A DNA stretch of 64,000 nucleotides from Okamejei kenojei (Eukaryota): NCBI GenBank assembly GCA_035221665.1, contig CM069135.1, positions 63,922,001 to 63,986,000 of the forward strand, given 5' to 3'. The position numbers and the translations under genes are program-made. Below the pieces are notes generated by a model. It was given only the letters and a program-made list of their open reading frames with translations. It made no database searches and had not been told where the DNA came from. Positions 26,966 to 36,940 of this stretch are shown in pieces. Each line of letters begins with the position of its first letter. The stretch's first letter is position 1.

Positions 26966-27059
26966 ACAGTAGAGCAGAACAAAATTTGGTCTGTCGATCA
27001 ATAATTTGGTAAACAGTAGAGCAGAACAAAATTTGGTCTGTCTATCAATAATTTGGTAA
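26966..27059. repeat. 47-bp tandem duplication with one mismatch
   Basis: ACAGTAGAGCAGAACAAAATTTGGTCTGTC(G/T)ATCAATAATTTGGTAA twice. Confidence 0.95.
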
Positions 27060-27919
27060 AACATTCCAATTAAACTATTCTCCTGCTCACATTGTAATTT
27101 ATCCATCTTACAAGTATTTATCTTTTTTTTTTAATTCTTCTTCCCGATGTCATACATATATTCTTAGAACACAGGAGGTGGCGAGGGAGCATTAGTGGGG
27201 ACAGAGGGTGAGAGAGATGGGCAATATCACACATGTGGAATCTGCTTCTCTCTTTGCATACTAAAGAGGGCTACCATAGAGCAAACTGAAGAGGGGAGAT
27301 CGACTAAAAACACAGCTGGTCATTTGCTGAGATGAAGTATGAAGCAAAAGTGAAACCATGTCTGGGAAGTCCCCAGATATGTTCAATATCTGAGATATGT
27401 TCAAATGGTGTAGTGTGACAAAAAGCGTCATTAGTGTCATTTAAAGTTGAAATTGAAAAAAGATAATACACCAGCATCACAAACACAGCCACTAGATATA
27501 TTTATGCTGACATTGGATAGGATTGTTTCATTGCATGCATAGGAATATAAACCTATGTTGGTAGCTTCAAACATGTTGTCGAGTGAAAGATAAAGGTTCA
27601 TATAAATGAATAATATATACAAATGCTATTGAAGAGAAGGAAACATAAGTGCCCTACCATGGGATGGTATATTAATTGTTCTTGAATTTTCTAGAAAACA
27701 CATGCTCATAGGTCCTCTAATTCCAAAATAAACAAATGAATGAACCAGAAACCATCAAAACAAAGTTAGCTCTGACCTGATTTGTGTATCCCTGCAAGCA
27801 CTGGGTCATCCAACTGCAAGCACAAACACTTTTCCTGTTAGAGTAAAGGGCAAGGATGCCAGTTGTAGAGAACCTTAGATGACAAGAGATGTTGAGGCCC
27901 TGGCCAAGAAAAAGGAGCA

Positions 27920-28200
27920 GATCACTGGTTGCAGCACAGCCTGGTTCAGAAACTTGAATACCCAGGAACTAAAGAGACTGCAGATTGTGTTAGACACTGC
28001 CCAGTCCCAATTGGGTACCGACCCCTCTACAACAAAGCGCACTGTCTTTAAAAGGCAGCCAATGTCAAAGACTCCACACCACCCTGGTCATGCTTTCAGT
28101 TAGCTCCTACCATCAGGAAGGTGGTACAGGAATATGAAAAGCATGAACTCCAGGTTCAAGAACAGCTTCATCCTAGAAGCCATCAGGCTCTTGAACATGA
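27920..28200 (+). mobile_element. Rex1/Babar-like 3' fragment; its UTR probably resumes after ~29996
   Basis: ITGCSTAWFRNLNTQELKRLQIVLDTAQS...HPGHAF, then AGGTTCAAGAACAGCTTC. Confidence 0.75.
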
Positions 28201-28241
28201 CAACTCAGCAACTATTACCTGTAATAGAGAACCTAATGCAT

Positions 28242-29995
28242 TAGAGAACCAGAATGGACAGCCATCTGCAGAGCCAAAAGAGATGGGGGAGATATTGAAC
28301 AATTTCTTTTCTTCGGTATTCACCAAGGAGAAGGATATTGAACTCAGTGAGTTAAGGGGAAAAAGTAGAGTAGCTATGGAAACTATGAGATTCAAAGAGG
28401 AGTAAGTACTGACACTTTTGAAAAATATAAAAGTGGATAAGTCTCCAGGTCCTGACAGGATATTCCCTAGGACATTGAGGGAAGTTAGTGTAGACATAGC
28501 AGGAGCTATGACAGAAATATTTCAAATGTCATTAGAAACGGGAATAGTGCCGGAGGATTGGCGTACTGCGCATGTTGTTCCATTGTTTAAAAAGGGTTCA
28601 AAGAATAAACCTAGCAATTATAGACCTATTAGTTTGACGTCAGTGGTAGGCAAATTAATGGAAAGGATACTTAGAGATAATATATATAAGCATCTGGATA
28701 AACAGGGTCTGATCAGGAACAGTCAACATGGATTTGTGCCTGGAAGGTCATGTTTGACAAACCTTCTTGAATTTTTTGAAGCGGTAACTAGGGAAATTTA
28801 TGAGGGTAAAGCAGTGGATGTTGTCTATATGGATTTCAGTAAGGCCTTTGACAAGGTTCCCCATGGAAGGTTGGTTAAGAAGGTTCAATCTTTGGGTGTT
28901 AATGGCGGAGTGCAAGATGGATTCAACAGTGGCTGAATGGGAGATGTCAGAGAGTAATGGTGGATGGCTGTTTGTCAGGTTGGAAGCCGGTGACCAGTGG
29001 GGTGCCTCAGGGATCTGTGTTGGGTCCACTGTTGTTTGTCATGTACATCAATGATCTGGATGATGGGGTGGAAAATTGGATAAGTAAGTATGCAGATGAT
29101 ACTAAGATAGGTGGTGTTGTGGATAATGAAGTAGATTTTCAAAGTCTACAGAGAGATTTGGGCCATTTGGAAAGTGGGCTGAAAGATGGCAGATGGAGTT
29201 TAATGCTGATAAGTGTGAAGTGCTACATCTTGGCAGGACAAATCAAAATAGGACGTACATGGTAAATGGTAAGGAATTGAGGAATGCTGTGGAACAGAGG
29301 GATCTAGGAATAACTGTGCATAGTTCCCTGGTGGAATCGCATGTAGATAGGGTGGTAAAGAAAGCCTTTGGTGTGCTGGCCTTTATAAATCAGAGCATTG
29401 AATATAGGAGTAGGAAGTAATGTTAAAATTGTACAAGGCATTGGTAAGACCAATTCTGGAGTATGGTGTACAATTTTGGTCGCCTAGTTATAGGAAGGAT
29501 GTCAACAAAATAGAGAGAGTACAGAGGAGATTTACTAGAATGTTGCCAGGGTTCCAGCAACTATGTTACAGAGAAAGGTTGAACAAGTTATTTATTCTTT
29601 GGAGCGCAGAAGGTTAAGGGGGGACTTGATAGAGGTCTTTAAAATGATGAAAGGGATAGACAGAGTTGACGTGGATACGTTTTTCCCATTGAGGGTAGGG
29701 AAGATTCAAACAAGAGGGCATGACATGAGAATTAAGGGACAGAAGTTTTGGGGTAACATGAGGGGGAACTTCTTTACTCAGTGGCTGTGTGGAATGAGCT
29801 TCCAGCAGAAGTGGTGGAGACAGGATCGATTTTAACATTTAAGAGTAAAGTGGATAGGTACATGGACGTGAAGGGAATGGAGGGGTATGGTCTGAGTGCA
29901 GGTAGATGGGACTAGGGGAAAACAAATGGTCGGCACGGACTGGAAGGGCCGAGAGGGCCTGTTTCCGTGCTGTAATTGTTATATGGTTATATGGT
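28242..29995 (+). mobile_element. 5'-truncated CR1 LINE (subfamily with (ATATGGTT)n tail), RT pseudogene
   Basis: KSPGPDRI..., YRPISLTSVVGK, DFSKAFDKVPH, GVPQGSVLGP, YADD, through the 3' UTR; several frameshifts. Confidence 0.95.
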
Positions 29996-30498
29996 AATGG
30001 ATAGCGTCCTGGATTGCACTATGGACTTTTTTTTTGCACTATTTATGGTAACCTACTATTATGGTTATTAATTTAATGTAGTTTTGAAATAATTACATTT
30101 TCTGTGTTATTGCATTTAGCAACAACAAAAAAGAATGTCATTGTTCTGTTGTCAGTACATGCCTTTTATGGCATATGTAGGGATAGGCAAAATATGAAGG
30201 GAGGAACTACAGACACTGGTTTAAACGAAAGACAGACAATACAGACATAAAAGGCTGGAGTAACTCCGCGGGTCAGGCCGTATCTCTGGAAAAAAGGAAT
30301 AGCTAACGTTTCGGGTCGAGATCCGCTCAGGCAGCTGGGATCAAGTAAATCCTTGATAAGGAGTGTTTGAGTATACTCAAGAGGGCATACTCAGTGGGGC
30401 ATGTAGGAGTATACTAAAGAGAGAAATCAGGAGAGCAAAAAGGTGATACAAGATATCTTTTTTAGGTGAGCTAAAGGAGAATCTAGAAATTATACGTA

Positions 30499-32056
30499 CA
30501 GTAGCTTGCAAAAGTTTTCATACCCCTTGAAATTTTCCACATTTTGTTATGTTACAACCACAAACGTAAATGCATTTTATTGGGATTTTATGTGATAGAC
30601 CAACACAAAGTGGCGCATAATTGTGAAGTGGAAGGAAAATGATACATGATTTACAAATTATTTTACAAATAAAAAACTGAAAAGTGTGGCATGCAAAAGT
30701 ATTCAGCTCCCTTTACTCTGATACCCCTAAATAAAATCCAGTGCAACCAATTGCCTTCAGAAGTCACCTAATTAGTAAATAGAGTCCACTTGTGTGTAAT
30801 CTAATCTCAGTATAAATACAGCTGTTCTGTGAAGGCCTCAGAGGTTTGTTAGAGAACATTAGTGAACAAACAGCATCATGAAGCCCAAGGAACACACCAG
30901 ACAGGTCAGGGATAAAGTTGTGGAGATGTTTAAAGCAGGGCTAGGTTATAGAAAAATATCCCAAGCTTTGAACATCTCATGGAGCACTGTTCAATCCATC
31001 ATCCGAAAATGGAAAGAGTATGGCACAACTGCAAACCTACCAAGACATGGCCGTCCACCTAAACTGACAGGCCGGGCAAGGAGAGCATTGATCAGAGAAG
31101 CAGCCAAGAGGCCCATGGTAACTCTGGAGGAGCTGCAGAGATCCACAGCTCAGGTGGGAGATTCTGTCCACAGGACAACTATTAGTCGTGCACTCCACAA
31201 ATGGAAGAGTGGCAAGAAGAAAGCCATTGTTGAAACAAAGCCATAAGAAGTCCAGTTTGCAGTTTGCCACAAGCCATGTGGGGGACACAGCAAACATGTG
31301 GAGGAAGGTGCTCTGGTCTGATGAGACCAAAATTGAAGTTTTTGGCCTAAATGCAAAACGCTATGTGTGGCGGAAAACTAACACTACACATCACCCTGAA
31401 CACACCATCCCCACTGTGAAACATGGTGGTGGCAGCATCATGCTGTGGGGATGCTTTTCTTCAGCAGGGACAGGGAAGCTGGTCAGAGTTGATGGGAAGA
31501 TGGATGGAGCCAAATACAGGGCAATCTTGGAAGAAAACCTGTTAGAGTCTGCAAAAGACTTGAGACTGGGGCGGAGGTTCACCTTCCAGCAGGACAACGA
31601 CCCTAAACATACAGCCAGAGCTACAATGGAATGGTTTAGATCAAAGCATATTCATGTGTTAGAATGGCCCAGTCAAAGTCCAGACCTAAATCCAATTGAG
31701 AATCTCTGGCAAGACTTAAAAATTGCTGTTCACAGACACTCTCCATCCAAAATGTCAGTCTCTAGATGTGCAAAGCTGGTAGAGACTAGGAGACTTGCAG
31801 CTGTAATTGCAGCGAAAGGTGGTTCTACAAAGTATTGACTCAGGGGGGCTGAATACTTTTGCACTCCACACTTTTCAGTTTTTTATTTGTAATAAAATTT
31901 GGAAACCATGTATCATTTTTCTTCCTCTTCACAATTATGCACCACTTTGTGTTGGTCTAACACATAAAATCCCAATGAAATACATTTATGTTTGTGGTTG
32001 TAACGTGACAAAATGTGGAAAATTTCAAGGGGTATGAAAACTTTTGCAAGCTACCG
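30499..32056 (+). mobile_element. Tc1 transposon copy 2 (same family as 219-1846)
   Basis: TA|CAGTAGCTTGCAAAAG ... CTTTTGCAAGCTACCG|TA; ~210-bp IR/DR TIRs. Confidence 0.97.
30878..31838 (+). pseudogene. Tc1 transposase with a frameshift (~31200) and C-terminal in-frame deletions
   Basis: ORFs 30878..31246 and 31188..31838; DD34E intact; lacks NPTELELFCKEEWA found in copy 1. Confidence 0.95.
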
Positions 32057-32788
32057 TATATTAAAGGCAAGTGAGTAACTAGGGAGAGAAAAGTGCTCCT
32101 TAAAACATCACTAAAGGTGTCTAAATGTGGAGTCGCAGTTGATGTTAAGGGTTAATTTAATATTTGTCATCTTTATTTACCATGGAGAAAGACATCGATG
32201 TGAGGAAACTCAGGGAAAATAACAGTGATGTCTTGGAGAGTCCACATATAAAAGAAGTGCCGGAAGTCTTACAATGCATAAAGATAGATAAATCTCTGGT
32301 CCCTGATCATGTGTATTCTTTGGTATTGAAAGATACAAGGGAAGAAATTGCAGGGCATCTGGCTGAGAAATTTGTATCATTGATAGCCAGAGGTGAAGTG
32401 TTGGAAGACTAATGAGGGTGGCTAATGTGGTGTTATAATAACCTTCCCACCACTGAGGCTCACCTTCCTGTGGTCCCCAGGGTCTAACTTTCTTAAATAG
32501 AGGTGCACATTAGAATTTTCTCCAATAACCGTTATTGGAGAAAATTCTGAGAGACAGGATCTATATGCATTTGGACAAGTAAGGCCTGATTAGGGATAGT
32601 AAACATGGCTTTATGGGTGGAAAATAATGGCAAATGAATTTGATTTTATTGAAATGGTAACCAAGAACATTGCAGGGGTAATGTGGTAAAATTATGTACG
32701 TGTTATTTAGCACGGCCTTTGACAAGATAGTGGAGTGATCTGGAATCACATGGGACCCAGATCGATCTAGCTAATTGGACACAACATT

Positions 32789-33095
32789 GTTTAGTTTAGT
32801 TTAATGATACAGTGATACGCGGAAACAGGACCTTCGGACCACAAAGTCCGTGGCAACCAGCGATCCCCGCACAATAACACTACCCTACACACAGTACGGA
32901 CAATTTTACATTTACCAAGCCAATTAGCCTACCAACCTGTACATCTTTGGAGTGCGGGAGGAAACCAAACATCTCAGAGAAACCCCAAGCAGGTCACGGG
33001 GAGAACGTACAAACTCAGTACAGACAAGCGTCCATAGTCGGGATCGAACCCAGGTCTCTGGCACTGCAAGGCAGTAACTCTACCACCATGTCACG
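32789..33095 (-). mobile_element. HE1-like V-SINE
   Basis: Same architecture as 22557-22880: GGATCGAACC (B box, reverse complement), V-domain and TTTAG tail. Confidence 0.88.
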
Positions 33096-33941
33096 CTAAA
33101 TGCCATTATTTTATCTGCCTCCACCACTGCCCTCCAGGCACTCACCACTCTGCGTGGACACCTGGCCCCGCATATCTCCTTGATAGTTTGCACCTCTCGC
33201 CTTAAAGCTATGCCCTCGTCTTTGACATTTCCACCCACGGAAACCATTTGTTACTATCTACTCTTTTTTGTGCCTCTCATGATTTTATATACTTCTACCA
33301 TTTTCCTCTCAACCTCCGATGTTCCAGATGAGATACTGTCTGCATCATTCAGGACCTTTTAATCGTTTCTATTGGGCCTCATTCTAACAGTTGCAGAAGG
33401 CCTCAGACAGAGGTCTGAGTGGGAATGGATTAAGAATTAGTGTAGGAAGGAACTACAGATGCTGGTTCAAACCAAAGACAGACACAAAAAGTTGGAGCAA
33501 CTCAGCGGGACAGGCAGCATCCCTGGAGAGAAGGAACAGGCGACGCCTCGGGTCGAGACCTTGTCTTAAAGGTAGGAAACAGGTTGCATTAGTAGAGGGT
33601 TTTTATCAGACTGGTGATCTGTTACAAGTGGTGTTCCACAGTAATCAGTGCTGAGTTTGTGGACATCACTAAAATTGATGGGGTGGAAATGGACAGTGAA
33701 GGTGGTTATAACAGGATTTTGATTAATGTGTTTTGTAAGACAAACCAGGATAGGGCTTACCAGGGCTCTCGCTTAACCTTTTTTCCCTATTGTGAGCCGG
33801 GCAACCTTGACAGCTTTAGGTTGCCAAATGACAGTTTAGGTGGTCATTTAAGACGGTTTGCATGATGCGTTTGATAATGTGCTCGGACGAAGTGCATAGT
33901 TACCAGTCAGAATTATGCTCAATGAAGCATTCACATATTAT

Positions 33942-34159
33942 GTTCAAGAAGGAACTGCAGATGCTGGAAAATCTAAGTTACACAAAAGTGCTGGAGAAAC
34001 TCAGCGGGTGCAGCAGCATCAGCGGAGCGAAGGAAATAGGCAACATTTCAGGCCGAAATCCATCAGTCTGAAGAAGGGTTTTGGCCCAAAAACGTTGCCC
34101 ATTTCCTTCGCTGCATAGATGCTGCCGCATCCACTGAGTTTCTCCAGCACTTTTGTCCA
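33942..34159. mobile_element. PLE-derived palindromic element with a 14-bp TSD
   Basis: CATTCACATATTAT at 33928-33941 and 34160-34173; arms ACAAAAGTGCTGGAGAAACTCAG / CTGAGTTTCTCCAGCACTTTTGT; central CTGAAGAAGGG. Confidence 0.9.
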
Positions 34160-34719
34160 CATTCACATATTATTTCTGCTTGCAGCAAAATTATAATGCA
34201 ATATCTCAACTCTTTTTACATATTGCAATGAATGCAATTTCTATTAGTTCTTTCCACTTCCAAACAAAAATGTGGTTGGATTAGTCAGCAAATGATCAAC
34301 CTGTGTCAATAAATCCTGGACCATGCACACTACAGATTGATGCAAGCATGTTTTCTGTGAAGGACCGAAAATTACCATGACAAGGGTTGTTATTTCTATT
34401 GGCACAGAAACACTCTGGCTTCCCACATAATTTATCCATAACAAACTATACAGGTTGCAAGGAAAATTCTAAAGGCATTTTATGATAATAGCTGTTAAAA
34501 CCGACTATACCCATCTGACAGGTTAAACATTACACTAACTTACAAGAGATGGCCAAAGGACATAACTGCAGCAAATGTTCTTTAGGTAATATGTTTAAAG
34601 ATGTCAAAACAAATAATAATATTGGGAATTAAAACACATTTGATTGCATTCCGTTATCAAACATATTCAATGTTCGCTCTGAAGACCATGAATCACAATA
34701 GGGTCAGGGGGTGTGTGAA

Positions 34720-35585
34720 TCAGTGCGGGGTGGATAGATGGCGCGGGGGGGGGGGGGGGGGGGGATTGAGAAGGCAATCGGTGCGGAATGGACGGATTGA
34801 GGGAGATGAATTAGTACGTATTGGTTGGAGTATGTAAAATTGTGAGGGGAGAGCACGGGGGATGTCAGTGGTGTTGAATGGGGGATCAGTACAGGATGGA
34901 TGGGGGGGATCAGTACAGGGTGAAGGGGGGTAGACCAAAATGCTGGAGAAATTCAGCGGGTGAGGCAGCATCTATGGAGCTAAGGAAATAGGCAACGTTT
35001 CGGGTTGAGACCCTTCTTCAGACTGTTCCCCCCATTCTTCTTGAATGGGGGGATCAGTACAGGATAGATGAGGGGGGGGTGGGATCAGCACAGGATGAAT
35101 GGGGGGGATCAGTACAGGATGAATGGGGTGGGGGGGGGGGGTCTGTGCAGGATGAATGGGAGCTCACTACAGGATGAATGAGGGGTTCAGTATAGGATGA
35201 ATGGGGTATCAGTACGGGATGAATGAGGGGATCAGTACAGGATGCATGAGGGGATCAGTACAGGATGAATGGGTGATCAGTAAAAGATGAATGGGGAGAT
35301 CACTATAGGATGGATGGGGGTTTGGTGGAGGGTAAATGGAAGGTGGGTCGGTACGGGATGAATGGGTGGATCAGTGCAGTATAAATGGGGGGGAGAAGTG
35401 CAGAATGGATGGGAAGGGGGGTCAGTACAGGATGAATTGGGGGACCAGTGTAGGATGGATGGGGGGTGGCAGGAGAATCAATGTGAGGTGGGTAGGGTGA
35501 TGAATAGATTGGGGGGGGGGGGGTAAGAAAGGTGATGTCAGTGAGGACTGAATAGAGGAGGGAATGGGGATCAGTGCGGGATGGG
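34720..35585. repeat. G-rich minisatellite, ~20-bp unit GGGGATCAGTACAGGATGAAT
   Basis: More than 20 diverged copies with variable G runs; interrupted by a PLE end (~34930-35025); followed by (GA)n at ~35631-35658. Confidence 0.9.
34994..35021 (-). ncRNA. Minimal (PLE-type) hammerhead ribozyme core
   Basis: Reverse complement CUGAAGA-AGGGUCUCAACCC-GAAACGUU: conserved CUGANGA and GAAA boxes, stem II, ACGU palindrome as stem III. Confidence 0.6.
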
Positions 35586-35625
35586 GAAGAGGGGTCCCAG
35601 GATAAGATGGGTGGAGGGGGGGGAG

Positions 35626-35658
<33 letters not shown>

Positions 35659-35791
35659 CAGAGGAGATGGGGAGGGAGGAAGGTCAGCGCTCCCTGTCCA
35701 ACGCCAAAGGGGGAGGTGGGTGGGAATTTGTTGCTACCGCCTCCCCATCTCCGCCAGCCGACAGGTAGGTGCGGGGCCGAGCGGTGCAGCT

Positions 35792-35819
35792 CAAAGATCC
35801 TATAGCTATAGGATCTTTA
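35792..35819. mobile_element. 28-bp TIR-only remnant with an 8-bp TSD
   Basis: GTGCAGCT|CAAAGATCCTATAG CTATAGGATCTTTA|GTGCAGCT; the inner 26 bp form a perfect palindrome. Confidence 0.8.
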
Positions 35820-36397
35820 GTGCAGCTGCTTCAGACGGCGGAAGGAAGCCTCTGCCTCCCTCTTTCCCTCCCGGACTCGGCGTGCGAGACAGGCTGTATT
35901 GAAAGCGTCGTTAACGGGTTTGCAGGCAGTGGCCTTTATCAGGGCGACAGCGGCTGCTGCCTGTAAATCAAAGGCTACTGCTGCAAATCCACCAACTGCG
36001 CTTTCAAAACATCCCCTCTCGCACGCCGCGGCCGGGAGGGAGGGAGGGAGTGAGGTCTCCTTCCGCCGGGCGGGGTGCGGGAGAAGGAGGCGGTAGAGCC
36101 GCTGTCGCGGCCGCTGCTGCCGCTGTTCGGGGCCCGTCATTCGCTCCGACCCTTCGTCACCACGCACCTGGTATCTTTGCCCCGCAATCAAAGATACTAG
36201 AGGAATACAGCCGCCGCCATCGCTCCTATTCTCCAGAGATGCTGCCTGACCCACGGAGTTACTTCAGTTTTTTATAAACCAGTATTTGCTTGCCAAGCTG
36301 GGCAAAATGAGTCGGCGCTTAGGTTGCCCGGCTGCACTTTGGGTGGTCATTGGCACCCAGTCAACCACTAATTTCGAGCCCTATTTACACAGTAAAC

Positions 36398-36940
36398 AGA
36401 ATATTAGAGAGTCAAAGTCATACAGCACAGAAACAGGCCCTTCAGATAAACTTGTCCATGCCGACCAAGATACCCCATCTAAGCTAGTCCCGTTTAGTCG
36501 TGTTTGGCGCATATCCACCTAAACCTTTTCTATCCATGTACCTGGTCAAGTGTCTTTTAAATATATAGTGAAATAATTTCCCCTCAGGTTTCTATTAATT
36601 CTTTCTCCTCTCACCTTAAACCCGTCCGCTGGTTCTTAATTTCCTACCCTGGATAAAAGATTTTGTGCATTCACCTTATAACCCTCATGATGTTATACAT
36701 CTCTACAAGATCACCTCTCAGCATCCTGCACTCCAAGGAATAAAGTCCTAGACTGCCCAACTTCCTGCTGTAGCTCAGGCCCTCGAGTCCTGGCAACATC
36801 CTTGTAAATCTTATCCGCACCCTTTCCAGCTTAACGACATCCTTGCGAGATCAGGGCAACCAAAACTGAACACAATACTTCAAATGCAGTCTCACCAACA
36901 TCTTGTATAATTGCAAAATAACGTTCTATACTTTATACCC
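36398..36940 (-). mobile_element. CR1 3' fragment inserted antisense into the ancient CR1
   Basis: Begins with the tail and UTR (GTCATACAGCACAGAAACAGGCCCTTC) and runs into the ORF2 C-terminus; host resumes TAAATGGTAGGGCCC at ~36945. Confidence 0.8.

Larger units (their letters stand above)
33761..36383. mobile_element. 2.6-kb non-autonomous DNA transposon (hAT-like ends, apparent 5-bp TSD)
   Basis: CAGGGCTC ... GAGCCCTA ends; subterminal GGCAACC/AGGTTGCC repeats at both ends; splits host CR1 AGGGCTTAC|ACAGTAAA with CTTAC / TTTAC flanks. Confidence 0.7.

Noticed and set aside
34720-35585. CRISPR-like array
   Set aside because: The units are degenerate tandem repeats without unique spacers, in a eukaryotic context with no cas genes.
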